From positions 10,573-74,572 of the forward strand of contig CAWIWO010000016.1 of assembly GCA_963839835.1 (NCBI GenBank): a stretch of DNA of 64,000 bases, given 5' to 3'. How positions within the stretch are numbered: position 1 is the first letter of the stretch; each line of letters begins with the position of its first letter. Source of the stretch: an uncultured Actinomycetota bacterium. GTDB lineage: Bacteria; Actinomycetota; Actinomycetes; Propionibacteriales; Nocardioidaceae. Below are positions 31,230-41,411 of this stretch, piece by piece. The notes under the pieces are model-generated. The model was not told where the DNA came from. It worked only from the letters and a program-made list of their open reading frames with translations, and did no database searches. Position numbers and translations under genes: made by a program.

Positions 31230-31296
31230 AACATGCGAATGTTGCTGGACGGGCTGCTGAGCGGCTCAGCAGCACCGCGAGCGACATTCGCATGTT
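31230..31296. repeat. Long nested inverted repeat (terminator or REP-like) between convergent genes
   Basis: Outer arms AACATGCGAATGT / ACATTCGCATGTT; inner GCTGCTGAGC-g-GCTCAGCAGC. Confidence 0.7.
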
Positions 31297-31317
31297 TCGG
31301 GAGCGAGGCGTCGACGC

Positions 31318-32241
31318 TCACGCCTGGGCCGGGGGCGGGGCCACCGGTCGCCGGCGTCGTACGACGACCCAGAGCGGGACGCCGACCAGGGCGCCGAGGA
31401 GGGCGAACGGGAACACCGCGCCCAGCAGGGTCAGGCCCACGACCGTGGCCCCCTGGAGCGCGGACCAGCCGCCGTCGAGACCGGCCAGGAACCCGCGGGC
31501 CTCGGTGTGCCGCTTGGCCGCGTGCGGTGCCGGCCGGCTCAGGGTGAGCGTGATCGTGCTCAACGACGTCTGGTCGGAGAGCCAGGCCTCCTGCTGCTCG
31601 AGGGAGTCGAGGTCCGCCTGGCGCCGGGCGAGGTCCGACTCGATCGCGATGACGTCGGAGAGGCGGACGGCCCGGTCCAGCAGGTTCTCGATCGAACGGA
31701 TGCTGCGCTCGGCCGCCCGGACCCTGACCCGGTTGTCGATGACCTGGGTGGTCACGTCCTGCGACGAGCGGCTCTGCTGCTCGACCGAACCCACCTTCGC
31801 CAGCGCATCCATGGCCACGTCGAACCGTGGGGAGGGCACCCGCAGGGTCATCGTCGAGTCATTGAGCCGCCCGTGGGGGTCGCTCCCGGTCTTCTCGTCG
31901 GCCACGGTCCCGCCCCAGCCCGCGACGAGGGTGAAGACCGTGCCGCGTGCCCGGGCGACGTCCTTGGCGTGGACGGACAGCTGGCCGGTCGAGACGACTG
32001 CGCGTGCGAGCGGGGCCACCGCCTGACGGATCGTCCCGGCCTTCGCTCCAACAGCCGGGGCGACACCTGACGGTGCCCGCTTGGCATCCGTGGCCGAGAC
32101 CTCGCCCGAGGCGAGCCCCCGCGTCGAGGCACCGGAGCCGGCGTCGCTGCTCCGCGGGGACGAGGATCCGCCGCAACCACTGACCAGCAGCAGCGAGAGG
32201 AGCAGGGGAGTGGCCAGCGCGGCCCGCGTCGTGTTGTCCAT
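31318..32241 (-). CDS. DUF4349 domain lipoprotein
   Basis: VSGC lipobox, LRVPS..FD, DVTTQVID, IESDL..RQADLDSL, STITL, C-terminal TM. Confidence 0.85.
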   Translation of the reverse strand: MDNTTRAALATPLLLSLLLVSGCGGSSSPRSSDAGSGASTRGLASGEVSATDAKRAPSGVAPAVGAKAGTIRQAVAPLARAVVSTGQLSVHAKDVARARGTVFTLVAGWGGTVADEKTGSDPHGRLNDSTMTLRVPSPRFDVAMDALAKVGSVEQQSRSSQDVTTQVIDNRVRVRAAERSIRSIENLLDRAVRLSDVIAIESDLARRQADLDSLEQQEAWLSDQTSLSTITLTLSRPAPHAAKRHTEARGFLAGLDGGWSALQGATVVGLTLLGAVFPFALLGALVGVPLWVVVRRRRPVAPPPAQA

Positions 32242-32312
32242 GGGTCTGGGACGCAGGCCGGGGCGCATCGGTTCCAAGCGATACGCCGCGGCACGCATGG
32301 CAGGCTGAGGGA

Positions 32313-33740
32313 GTGCCGCCCTCGCCCCCCTCGCCCCACGTGGTGGTGGTCGGCGGTGGCGTGTCCGGTCTTGCGGCCGCTCACGGCATCAAGCAGGTGC
32401 TCCCCGACGCCGAGGTCACCGTGCTCGAGTCGTCTCCCCGGATCGGGGGCAGCCTCCGGACGGCGGAGGTCGGCGGCGTGGTCGTGGACGTCGGCGCGGA
32501 GACGATGCTGCACCGGCGCCCGGAAGGAGTCCGTCTCGCGCAGGAGGTCGGCCTGGGCGACGACGTCGTCCACCCGGCGACGACGAGCGCCAGCCTGTGG
32601 AACCGCGGCCGGTTGGTGCCGATGCCGCGCACCCTGATGGGGGTCCCGCTCGACCTCCGTTCGCTCGAAGGCGTGCTCTCCGCCAAGGGCGTGGCTCGAG
32701 CCGCCCTCGACGGGGTCCTCCCAGCCACCGAGCTCGGCGAGAAGGACATCAGCGTCGGCAACCTCGTCGAGGAGCGGCTCGGCAAGGAGGTCGTCGACCG
32801 GCTCGTCGAGCCCCTGCTCGGAGGCGTGTACGCCGGGCACGCCCGCGAGATCTCCGCCCGGGCCGCCGTACCCCAGCTCGTGGCGCTGCTCGAGCACGAC
32901 CGGTCGTTGACCCGAGCTGCCTCGGCGGCGATGTCGGCTCCGGCGAGCGAGACCCCCGTCTTCGCCGGGGTGAGCGGCGGCATGGGGAGGCTGCCGCAGG
33001 CCGTGGCGAGGGCCACGGATGCCACGATCAGGACTGACGCCACCGTGCGTGACCTGGCTAGCAGGCCGGGCGGCGGCTGGAACCTCGTGGTGGGCTCGAC
33101 GCGCGACCCGGAGGTGGTGCGGGCCGACGCCGTCGTGCTCGCCACCCCTGCGCGGGCGACCGCCCGGCTGCTCAGCGACATCGCCCCGGTGGCGGCGCTG
33201 GAGCTCTCGCGGGTCGAGTACGCCTCGGTGGCCATCGTCACGCTGGCGTTCCCCGCGCGCGGCTTCCCCGACGTCAGCGGGTCCGGCTTCCTGGTGCCGC
33301 CGGTCGACGGACGCACTGTCAAGGCGGCCACCTTCTCCGCCAACAAGTGGGACTGGGTGCGCGCCGCCGGGGGCGACCTCGTGCTGATGCGGTGCTCGGT
33401 CGGCCGTCACCGGGAGGAGCAGGTGCTCCAGGTGGGCGACGACGAGCTCGTGCGCGTGGCCCTCGCCGACCTGACCGACGCCATCGGTCTCTCGGTGCCG
33501 CCCGCCGAGTCCCACGTGCAGCGGTGGGGCGGCGCCCTCCCGCAGTACGCCGTCGGCCACGTCGACCGTGTCGCCACCGTCCGACGGGACCTGGTTCCGC
33601 TGCGCGCACTGGCCGTGTGCGGCTCGGCGTACGACGGTGTGGGGATCCCCGCCTGCATCGCCTCGGCCGGTCTCGCGGTCGCCAAGATCGCCGCCGACCT
33701 GACCTCCGCACCTGCCGTGACCGACCGGTTGAGAGACTGA
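32313..33740 (+). CDS. hemG: Protoporphyrinogen/coproporphyrinogen III oxidase (HemY type)
   Basis: [48 protein letters not shown]. Confidence 0.93.
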   Translation: MPPSPPSPHVVVVGGGVSGLAAAHGIKQVLPDAEVTVLESSPRIGGSLRTAEVGGVVVDVGAETMLHRRPEGVRLAQEVGLGDDVVHPATTSASLWNRGRLVPMPRTLMGVPLDLRSLEGVLSAKGVARAALDGVLPATELGEKDISVGNLVEERLGKEVVDRLVEPLLGGVYAGHAREISARAAVPQLVALLEHDRSLTRAASAAMSAPASETPVFAGVSGGMGRLPQAVARATDATIRTDATVRDLASRPGGGWNLVVGSTRDPEVVRADAVVLATPARATARLLSDIAPVAALELSRVEYASVAIVTLAFPARGFPDVSGSGFLVPPVDGRTVKAATFSANKWDWVRAAGGDLVLMRCSVGRHREEQVLQVGDDELVRVALADLTDAIGLSVPPAESHVQRWGGALPQYAVGHVDRVATVRRDLVPLRALAVCGSAYDGVGIPACIASAGLAVAKIAADLTSAPAVTDRLRD

Positions 33741-33744
33741 GGGC

Positions 33745-34443
33745 ATGCCTGGTGCTGCCAAGAAGGCCCGCGAGCTCAACGACACGATCCGCTACACGAT
33801 GTGGTCGGTCTTCCGCCTCCGTGACGTCCTGGGGGAGTCGCCGCGGGAGGTCGAGGCGACCGAGCTGGAGGAGCTGGTCGGCAAGCTCGAGGCCGACGAC
33901 GTCGTCGTGCGGGGGCTCTACGACCTGAGCGGGCTGCGCGCGGACGCCGACCTGCTCGTCTGGTGGCACGCCGAGGCGGTCGAGCAGCTGCAGAGCGCCT
34001 ACCAGCAGCTGCGCCGGACCCGATTCGGCGCGCGTCTCGAACCCGTCTGGTCACAGGTCGCGCTGCACCGGCCGGCGGAGTTCAACAAGAGCCACGTCCC
34101 GGCCTTCCTCGCCGGCGAGGAGGCGCGCGACTTCATCTGCGTCTACCCGTTCGTGCGCTCCTACGAGTGGTACCTCCTCGAGGACTCCGAGCGTCGCCGG
34201 ATGCTGGCCGAGCACGGCCAGATGGCACGCGAGTACAAGGACGTGCGCGCCAACACGGTGGCCAGCTTCGCGCTCGGCGACTACGAGTGGATCCTGGCCT
34301 TCGAGGCCGACGAGCTGCACCGCATCGTCGACCTGATGCGCCACCTCCGGGCCTCCGACGCCCGCCGCCACGTGCGCGAGGAGGTCCCCTTCTACACCGG
34401 CCGTCGCCGTACGCCGACCGAGCTGCTCACCGCCCTCCCGTGA
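33745..34443 (+). CDS. hemQ: Coproheme decarboxylase
   Basis: [43 protein letters not shown]. Confidence 0.95.
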   Translation: MPGAAKKARELNDTIRYTMWSVFRLRDVLGESPREVEATELEELVGKLEADDVVVRGLYDLSGLRADADLLVWWHAEAVEQLQSAYQQLRRTRFGARLEPVWSQVALHRPAEFNKSHVPAFLAGEEARDFICVYPFVRSYEWYLLEDSERRRMLAEHGQMAREYKDVRANTVASFALGDYEWILAFEADELHRIVDLMRHLRASDARRHVREEVPFYTGRRRTPTELLTALP

Positions 34444-34503
34444 GCGCCGATGAGTCCGTTCACCGACGGCAGGTCTGTACTGGTGCCGGCGAGAGGAGCA
34501 GCC

Positions 34504-34938
34504 ATGGCCACCTTCCGGACGACCCTGATGCAGAGCGGCAACAACGTCGGCATCGACGTGCCCGAGGACGTCGTGCTCGGCTTCGGGGCCGGCAAGCGGG
34601 TGCCGGTCAACGTCACCGTCAACGGGCACACCTGGCGCTCCACGGTCGCGGTGATGGGCGGCAAGTACCTCGTCGGCATCCCCAAGGACCATCGCGCGGC
34701 TGCCGGGGTCGCCGGCGGCGAGACCCACGAGGTGACCCTCGAGCACGACGCGGGCCCGAGGACGGTCGAGGTGCCCGAGGACCTGGCGTCGGCCCTGGCA
34801 GCGGCTGGCCTGCGCGACCGGTTCGACGCCTTGGCCTACTCCCACCGCAAGGAGCACGTGCGCGCGATCGAGGAGGCCAAGACCGAGGCGACCCGCGAGC
34901 GGCGGATCGCCAAGGCGATCGAGAAGCTAGCCGACTGA
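34504..34938 (+). CDS. DUF1905/YdeI-OmpD-associated family protein
   Basis: RVPVNVTVNGHTWRS, VEVPEDLA, FDALAYSHRKE..AK..TRERRI. Confidence 0.85.
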   Translation: MATFRTTLMQSGNNVGIDVPEDVVLGFGAGKRVPVNVTVNGHTWRSTVAVMGGKYLVGIPKDHRAAAGVAGGETHEVTLEHDAGPRTVEVPEDLASALAAAGLRDRFDALAYSHRKEHVRAIEEAKTEATRERRIAKAIEKLAD

Positions 34939-35385
34939 CCGCTGGTGCGGAGACGCCTCAGCTGGTTCCTGGGTCGGTTCCGCGTCCTGAGGCTGCAGCG
35001 TCATCGAGATGCTGTTGATGCAGTAGCGCAGGTCCGTGGGGGTGTCGTAGCCCTCGCCCTCGAAGACGTGGCCGAGGTGCGAACCGCAGTTCGCGCAGCG
35101 GACCTCGGTGCGGACGCCGCCGAAGGAGCGGTCCTCGATGTACTCCACCCGGTCCTCGGCCAGCGGGGCGAAGAACGAGGGCCAGCCGCAGTGGGAGTCG
35201 AACTTCTGCGTGGAGCGGAACAGCTCGGCGCCGCACGCGCGGCAGGCATAGACGCCCTCGGTCAAGGTGTCTGTGTACTCACCCTTGAACGGCGCCTCGG
35301 TCCCCGCCTTGCGGAGCACCTGGAACTCCTCGGGAGACAGCTGCTCGCGCCACTCGGCGTCGCTCTTGCTCACCTGGTAGGTCAT
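34927..35385 (-). CDS. msrB: Peptide-methionine (R)-S-oxide reductase
   Basis: GTEAPF, CRAC, KFDSHCGWPSF, RTEVRCANCGSHLGHVF, RYCINS. Confidence 0.97.
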   Translation of the reverse strand: MTYQVSKSDAEWREQLSPEEFQVLRKAGTEAPFKGEYTDTLTEGVYACRACGAELFRSTQKFDSHCGWPSFFAPLAEDRVEYIEDRSFGGVRTEVRCANCGSHLGHVFEGEGYDTPTDLRYCINSISMTLQPQDAEPTQEPAEASPHQRSVG

Positions 35386-35434
35386 GCTGCCCACGGTAGT
35401 GCGCGACCAAAGAGGGCACTATCGTCTCGCCGCC

Positions 35435-35466
35435 TTGACGAAAGTCAGTGGACACCTGTTCACTGA
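35435..35466 (+). promoter_or_regulatory. -35 TTGACG plus a palindromic DesT/FabR-like operator
   Basis: TCAGTGGACACCTGTTCACTGA (35445-35466), an imperfect palindrome upstream of the desaturase operon. Confidence 0.65.
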
Positions 35467-35498
35467 GGATACATCCAGCAGCAGGAGGACGCGCACGC

Positions 35499-36611
35499 AT
35501 GGTCGCCGAGAAGGTCGCCGAAAAGGTCTCCAAGGCCCTGCCCTGGAACGCCGGCTGGAGCGGCGTACGCCGGCTCGGAGCAGGCATCACCACCCCGCTG
35601 AGCCCCGATGACTACCTCTCGCTGATCAACCCGCTGTGGACCGCGCGCGAGCTGCGCGGACGCATCGAGAAGGTCATCCCCGAGACCGACGACGCCGCGA
35701 CGATCGTGATCCGGCCCGGCTGGGGCTGGCGCTGGGACCACCAGCCCGGTCAGTACGTCGGCATCGGGATCCAGGTCAAGGGCAAGTTCCACTGGCGCTC
35801 CTACTCGATCTCCTCGCCCCCCAAGCGCAACGGCCGCACCATCGCGATCACGGTCCGCGCGATGCCCGAGGGCTTCCTCTCCTCCCACCTCGTCTCGGGT
35901 CTCGAGCCGGGCTCGATCATCCGGCTGGCCGCCCCCAACGGCGACTTCGTGATGTCCGACCCGCCGCCGGAGAAGATCCTCTTCCTGGCCGCGGGCAGTG
36001 GCATCACCCCGGTGATGGCCATGCTGCGGACCCTGCACCGTCGCGGCACGATGCCCGACGTCGTGATCGCCTACAGCTCGCCGAACAAGGAGCGGATGAT
36101 CTTCCGCGACGAGCTGATCAAGCTCAGCGAGCGCCACGACAACCTCACGCTGCACGAGCAGCACACCGACTCCGACGGCATCCTGGAGATGAAGGACCTC
36201 GACAGGGTCTGCCCTGACTGGAAGGAACGGGAGACCTGGGCGTGCGGGCCGTCTCCCATGCTCGACGCGGCGGAGGAGCACTGGGAGGAGGCCGGTCTCG
36301 AGGACGAGCTTCACCTCGAGCGGTTCACCCTCGAGCTCGGAGGAGATGGCGCCGAGGGCGGCACGATCACCTTCCAGAACTCGGGCAAGACCACCGAGGC
36401 CGACGGGGCCACGACCCTGATGGAGGCCGGCGAAGAGGCCGGCATCGGGATGCCCTACGGCTGCCGGATGGGCATCTGCCACACCTGCACCTTGACCCTG
36501 GTGGAGGGCACCGTGCGCGACCTGCGCAGCGGCGAGGAGCACTCCGGTCCGAACGAACAAATCCAGACCTGCATCACTGCAGCAGCCGGTGACTGCACGC
36601 TCGACATCTGA
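35499..36611 (+). CDS. Ferredoxin reductase partner of acyl-CoA desaturase (FAD/NAD plus 2Fe-2S)
   Basis: PGQYV, RSYSISS, AGSGITP, CGP, GCRMGICHTC, C-terminal Cys. Confidence 0.93.
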   Translation: MVAEKVAEKVSKALPWNAGWSGVRRLGAGITTPLSPDDYLSLINPLWTARELRGRIEKVIPETDDAATIVIRPGWGWRWDHQPGQYVGIGIQVKGKFHWRSYSISSPPKRNGRTIAITVRAMPEGFLSSHLVSGLEPGSIIRLAAPNGDFVMSDPPPEKILFLAAGSGITPVMAMLRTLHRRGTMPDVVIAYSSPNKERMIFRDELIKLSERHDNLTLHEQHTDSDGILEMKDLDRVCPDWKERETWACGPSPMLDAAEEHWEEAGLEDELHLERFTLELGGDGAEGGTITFQNSGKTTEADGATTLMEAGEEAGIGMPYGCRMGICHTCTLTLVEGTVRDLRSGEEHSGPNEQIQTCITAAAGDCTLDI

Positions 36612-36649
36612 CCAGCACGACCTTTCTAGACACACGAGGAGCGAGACGC

Positions 36650-37849
36650 ATGGCAATCGCCGACGTCAAGGAGTACACCCATCTCACCGAGGAGGAGGTG
36701 GAGGAGCTCGGACGTGAGCTCGACCAGATCCGTGCTGACATCGAGGAGTCGCGCGGCGACGACGACGCCGCCTACATCAACCGGATGATCAAGATCCAGC
36801 GCGGTCTTGCGACGGCCGGTCGGATCACCCTGTTCGGGAGCAAGTGGAAGCCGGCATTCTTCACCGGCGCCGCCCTGCTCGGCGCGGCCAAGATCCTGGA
36901 GAACATGGAGATCGGCCACAACACCATGCACGGCCAGTGGGACTGGATGAACGACCCCGAGATCCACTCCAGCACCTGGGAGTGGGACACCGCCCAGCCC
37001 GCGGAGCAGTGGAAGCACTCGCACAACTACGTGCACCACCAGTTCACCAACGTGCTCGGCCACGACAACGACATCGGGTACGGCATCCTCCGGATGGCGC
37101 GCGAGCAGAAGTGGAGCCCGTTCAACCTGGGGCAGCCCGTCTACAACGCCGCGCTGGCCACCCTCTTCCAGTGGGGCGTCGCGCTGCACGACCTCGACAT
37201 CGAGGCCATCCGCAAGCGCGAGAAGGACCCGAAGGTGATGAAGAAGCAGCTCAAGCAGATCGGTCGGAAGATCCGCCGACAGATCGGCAAGGACTACATC
37301 ATCTTCCCGCTGCTGACCGGACCCGCTGCGATCCAGACGGCCCAGGCCAACGCGCTGGCCAACCTTGCGCGCAACCTGTGGTCCTACATGATCATCTTCT
37401 GCGGCCACTTCCCGGACGGTGCCCTGCACTTCACCGAGGAGGAGCTCGAGGACGAGACCAGGGCGGAGTGGTACCTGCGCCAGATGCTCGGCTCGGCCAA
37501 CTTCACCGGCAGCGAGTTCCTGCACATCATGTCGGGCAACCTCGGCTACCAGATCGAGCACCACCTGTTCCCCGACCTGCCCAGCAACCGCTACTCCGAG
37601 ATCAGCGAGCGCGTCCGGCCACTGTGCGAGAAGTACGGCATCCCCTACACCACGGGTCCGCTGTACAAGCAGTACGGACAGGCGCTGCGCACGATCACCC
37701 AGCTGTCGCTGCCCAACAAGTTCACCAAGTCCAAGCGCCACGACGGCCCCGAGGGACCCGAGGTTCCCCGTGGACGTCGCCGTGACGACGAGCGCCCCAC
37801 GCGCCGGTTCGAGACGGGCAAGTGGACCTCCGGGTTGGCCTCAGCGTGA
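36650..37849 (+). CDS. desA3: Acyl-CoA (stearoyl-CoA 9) desaturase
   Basis: His boxes HNTMH, HNYVHH, QIEHH; ENMEIGH. Confidence 0.92.
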   Translation: MAIADVKEYTHLTEEEVEELGRELDQIRADIEESRGDDDAAYINRMIKIQRGLATAGRITLFGSKWKPAFFTGAALLGAAKILENMEIGHNTMHGQWDWMNDPEIHSSTWEWDTAQPAEQWKHSHNYVHHQFTNVLGHDNDIGYGILRMAREQKWSPFNLGQPVYNAALATLFQWGVALHDLDIEAIRKREKDPKVMKKQLKQIGRKIRRQIGKDYIIFPLLTGPAAIQTAQANALANLARNLWSYMIIFCGHFPDGALHFTEEELEDETRAEWYLRQMLGSANFTGSEFLHIMSGNLGYQIEHHLFPDLPSNRYSEISERVRPLCEKYGIPYTTGPLYKQYGQALRTITQLSLPNKFTKSKRHDGPEGPEVPRGRRRDDERPTRRFETGKWTSGLASA

Positions 37850-38232
37850 AAGACCAGCCCGTCACCGGGGTCGGCGAGCTCCCGTACGCCAGCATGGGTG
37901 ACCTCGGCCTCGACAAGGCCAAGGTCATCCAGTGCGCTCTCAGTCGCATCTGCGGTGTCTGCGCCGAGAGCCTGGGTCGCCCGATCGCCTTTCTCGGGAG
38001 CGCCGAGGAGGCCGGACGCAACGAGTTCCACTTCCCGCCCACCCACCTCTCCTGCGCCGAGCTGGCGCTGGAGACGTGGGCGCGGGAGTGGAGCGCGTCC
38101 CTGGGGCAACCCGCTGACCCGTCGAGCTGGACGCTGGTGACCACCTCCGGCTTCGAGTTCATCCGGATGGGCAGCGACGCGATCGACAAGCGGCCGGTCT
38201 TCTCGCCCAACTCGGTGATCACCACGAGCTGA
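37846..38232 (+). CDS. Hypothetical protein with putative Zn-binding motif
   Basis: GTGA overlap with the desA3 stop; C..CGVC..LG..PPTHLSCA. Confidence 0.65.
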   Translation: MKDQPVTGVGELPYASMGDLGLDKAKVIQCALSRICGVCAESLGRPIAFLGSAEEAGRNEFHFPPTHLSCAELALETWAREWSASLGQPADPSSWTLVTTSGFEFIRMGSDAIDKRPVFSPNSVITTS

Positions 38233-38288
38233 GGGCACAGACTCCCCACGCCGGGCACTCCTCCGTCGTGCCCGGCTAGGGTCGGCAC

Positions 38289-39365
38289 ATGGCCAGCAAA
38301 GCCGTCGAGGTCGACGCCGCCGGGGAGGCCGTCCGGGTCACCAGTCCCGACCGGGTGATCTACCCGGCTACCGACAGCACCGCCGAGGTCACCAAGCTGC
38401 AGGTCGTCGAGTACTACGTCTCCGTGGCCGACGGCATCCTGCGAGCCCTGGGCGACCGGCCCACCGCCCTGGAGCGGTGGACGACGGGTGTGCACCCCGG
38501 CATCACGCTGGCCACGGGTCGGGGGGACAAGAGCGACGCCTTCTACAGCAAGCGAGTGCCCAAGGGCGCGCCGGAGTACGTCGAGACCACGCAGGTGACC
38601 TTCCCCAGCGGCCGCACGGCCGAGGAGGTGAAGGTGGCCAACCTGGCCACCGTGGGCTGGTGTGCCCAGATGGGCACGATCACCTTCCACCCCTGGCCGA
38701 CGCGAAGCGGCGACAACGACCACCCCGACGAGCTGCGGATCGACCTCGACCCGCAGCCCGGCACCACGTTCACCGATGCCGTGCGGGTGGCCGGCGTGGC
38801 CCGGGAGCTGCTCGAGGAGCTCGGGATCACCGGGTACCCCAAGACCAGCGGCAACCGTGGGGTGCACGTCTACGTCCGCATCGAGCCGCGCTGGGAGTTC
38901 ACCGACCTGCGGCACGCCGCGATCGGCTTCGGTCGCGAGCTCGAGCGTCGCGACCCCGGGGTCACCACGGCCTGGTGGAAGGAGGAACGGGGCGAGCGCA
39001 TCTTCGTCGACTTCAACCAGAACAACCGGGACCGCACCATCGCCTCGGCGTACTCCCTGCGCCCCAAGGCCGGTGCTCCGGTCTCGACACCGGTGTCCTG
39101 GGAGGAGCTGGCCGACCTGAGCGACCCGAGCGGGTTCAACCTGTTCACCGTGCCCGAACGCCTGGCTGCCGGCGACCCGTGGAAGGGCATCGACGACACG
39201 GCGCACTCCCTGCAGCCACTGCTCGACCTGTGGGAGGAGCTGCCCGGCGGTGAGCTGAACTTCCCGCCGGACTACCCGAAGATGCCCGGCGAGCCGCCTC
39301 GGGTGCAGCCGTCGAAGAAGGTGGCCGAGCACTGGGACGACGACGGCAACCGGGTGGAGGACTGA
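38289..39365 (+). CDS. Stand-alone LigD-type primase-polymerase (Prim-PolC-like)
   Basis: TSPDRVIYP, FYSKRVP, PDELRIDLDP, KTSGNRGVHVY, IFVDFNQN, ASAYSLR. Confidence 0.93.
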   Translation: MASKAVEVDAAGEAVRVTSPDRVIYPATDSTAEVTKLQVVEYYVSVADGILRALGDRPTALERWTTGVHPGITLATGRGDKSDAFYSKRVPKGAPEYVETTQVTFPSGRTAEEVKVANLATVGWCAQMGTITFHPWPTRSGDNDHPDELRIDLDPQPGTTFTDAVRVAGVARELLEELGITGYPKTSGNRGVHVYVRIEPRWEFTDLRHAAIGFGRELERRDPGVTTAWWKEERGERIFVDFNQNNRDRTIASAYSLRPKAGAPVSTPVSWEELADLSDPSGFNLFTVPERLAAGDPWKGIDDTAHSLQPLLDLWEELPGGELNFPPDYPKMPGEPPRVQPSKKVAEHWDDDGNRVED

Positions 39366-39368
39366 GCG

Positions 39369-39728
39369 TCACTCCTCCGGCAGCTCGATGGTGATGCCGA
39401 GCGAGCGGACGAAGGCGCGCAGCTGCTCCGGGCCGAACGGGTCGATCGGCGGGTAGGTGGCGGGGGAAACCTCCACGACGGTGCCGCGGAAGACTTCCTC
39501 GCCCAGGGTCGCGACGAGCGCCTCGTAGGCCGCTTCGGCGCGGGGTTCCTCGAGCAGGAGCTCGAAGTCGGGGTGGTGGACGATCACGGAGAGCCCCGGT
39601 CCCACGACCCGGGCGGCGAGCAGCATGTCGCGCAGAGCCAGCGATCGTCCGTCCACCTCGACGGTCGCGGTCTCCAGGTCGGCGGCAGGCGGTCGCGGCG
39701 TCGTACGACGTCCGCGGAACAGGCCCAT
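39369..39728 (-). CDS. Hypothetical protein
   Basis: MGLFRGRR.. start overlaps the upstream stop; VHHPDF..LGEE; typical codon usage. Confidence 0.6.
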   Translation of the reverse strand: MGLFRGRRTTPRPPAADLETATVEVDGRSLALRDMLLAARVVGPGLSVIVHHPDFELLLEEPRAEAAYEALVATLGEEVFRGTVVEVSPATYPPIDPFGPEQLRAFVRSLGITIELPEE

Positions 39729-40261
39729 CAGAAGCCGCTGATGCCTTCGCCCTCGCCCGCCTGCTCGTCGAAGTTCTCGTGCTCCAGCAGGTGCAGGACG
39801 GGGACGCCGAGCTTGCGGCGAGCCTTGGAGGTCCAGTCGACGTGGAAGAACTCTGCGATCACGTGCGGGCGGGTCAGGATGATGACCTCGGCCGCGTCCA
39901 CCTCGCTCGACTTGGCCACCAGCGCGGCGATCGGGTCGATCGTGACGGGTTCGCCGACGGCCTTGCCGCCCGCGGCCTCGATGGCCTTGATGGTGATGTC
40001 CACGCCCTCGCGGCAGGAGGTCAGCAGCTCCTGGCGCAGCTCGCGGATCTGGGTCTCGTCGACGTGCACTGTGGGGGAGCTCCACACCTCGCCGCCCAGG
40101 GTGCCGATCGCGGACTCCACGCTGGCCGACGCGTCCTCCACCGGCAGGAGGACGTGGTAGACGACGGGGTCCTCGATCTCACCGTGCAAGGCGCGGAGGT
40201 TGGTGGCGTCCTGGGCCGTGAACGGCTGCTCGACCAGCAGCACCACGTCGTAGCTGCTCAT
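39728..40261 (-). CDS. Conserved hypothetical protein (USP-like alpha/beta pattern)
   Basis: EVIILTRPHVIAEFFHVDWTSKARRKLGVPVLHL. Confidence 0.7.
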   Translation of the reverse strand: MSSYDVVLLVEQPFTAQDATNLRALHGEIEDPVVYHVLLPVEDASASVESAIGTLGGEVWSSPTVHVDETQIRELRQELLTSCREGVDITIKAIEAAGGKAVGEPVTIDPIAALVAKSSEVDAAEVIILTRPHVIAEFFHVDWTSKARRKLGVPVLHLLEHENFDEQAGEGEGISGF

Positions 40262-40285
40262 GCCTGCACCCGATCGCTCATGGCT

Positions 40286-41383
40286 TCATCCTCCCTCGCC
40301 GACGCCGAGAACCTTAGTGAGTTCGTAGCTCACCGGCTCCTCCAGCTGCTCGTAGCCGCAGGACTCCGGGTCGCGATCGGGGCGCCAGCGCTTGAACTGG
40401 GCCGTGTGGCGGAACCGACGGCCCTCCATGTGCTCGTAGCCGACCTCCAGCACGCGCTCGGGACGCAACGGGGTGAAGGAGAGGTCCTTGCCCGCACTCC
40501 AGCGACTCTGGGTCCCGGGGACACGGTCCGGATTTGCGATGGCCCACTCGGCCCACTCACCCCAGGGGTGCTGCTCTATCCCCACCTCGAGGGGGCGCAG
40601 CTCCTCGAGCAGCTCGGCGCGCCGCTTCTCGGTGAACGAGGCGGAGACACCGACGTGCTGGAGCTTGCCGTCGTCGTAGAGGCCCAGCAGCAGCGAGCCC
40701 AGGAGCGGGCGTTGCTCGGTCGAGTTCTTGTGCAGCCGGTAACCCGCGACCACCACGTCGGCTGTCCGGGCGTGCTTGATCTTGAGCATGGTGCGGGCGT
40801 TCTCGACGTACGGCGCCCCCATCGGCTTGGCCACCACCCCGTCCAGTCCCGCCCCTTCGAACTGGTCGAACCAGCCGGACGCCTCGCCGACGTCGGTCGT
40901 GGTGCGGGTGAGGTACGTCGGACCGCCGAGCCCGTCGAGCGCGGCCTCCAGCCGGTCACGGCGTTCGCTGAAGGGCCGGTCGACCAGCGACTGGTCGCCG
41001 AGCGCGAGCAGGTCGAAGGCGACGAACCCCGCGGGCGTCTGCTCGGCCAGCAGGTTGATCCGTGACGCGGCGGGGTGGATCCGCTCCTGCAGCACCTCGA
41101 ACTCCAGGCGCGAGCCCACGGCCACGAAGAGCTCGCCGTCGAGGACGCACCGGGGCGGCAGCTGTTCCCGCGCGGCGGCGACGACCTCCGGGAAGTAGCG
41201 CGTCAGCGGCTTGGTGTTGCGCGAGGTCAGCTCCACCTCGTCGCCGTCGCGGAAGACCAGGCAGCGAAACCCGTCCCACTTCGGCTCGAAGGAGAGCCCG
41301 CCCTCGAACTTCGCGGGATCGGGGATCCCGGCCACGGACTTGGCCAGCATCGGACGAACGGGCGGCATCACGGGCAGGTGCAC
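40286..41383 (-). CDS. ligC: ATP-dependent DNA ligase LigC
   Basis: PMLAK, EPKWDGFR, LDGE, FDLL, DGVVAK, KIKH, GSLLLGLY, RFRH..WRPDR. Confidence 0.95.
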   Translation of the reverse strand: MHLPVMPPVRPMLAKSVAGIPDPAKFEGGLSFEPKWDGFRCLVFRDGDEVELTSRNTKPLTRYFPEVVAAAREQLPPRCVLDGELFVAVGSRLEFEVLQERIHPAASRINLLAEQTPAGFVAFDLLALGDQSLVDRPFSERRDRLEAALDGLGGPTYLTRTTTDVGEASGWFDQFEGAGLDGVVAKPMGAPYVENARTMLKIKHARTADVVVAGYRLHKNSTEQRPLLGSLLLGLYDDGKLQHVGVSASFTEKRRAELLEELRPLEVGIEQHPWGEWAEWAIANPDRVPGTQSRWSAGKDLSFTPLRPERVLEVGYEHMEGRRFRHTAQFKRWRPDRDPESCGYEQLEEPVSYELTKVLGVGEGG

Positions 41384-41411
41384 AGGTCGACCGTAGGTCA
41401 TACTCGCCGTC

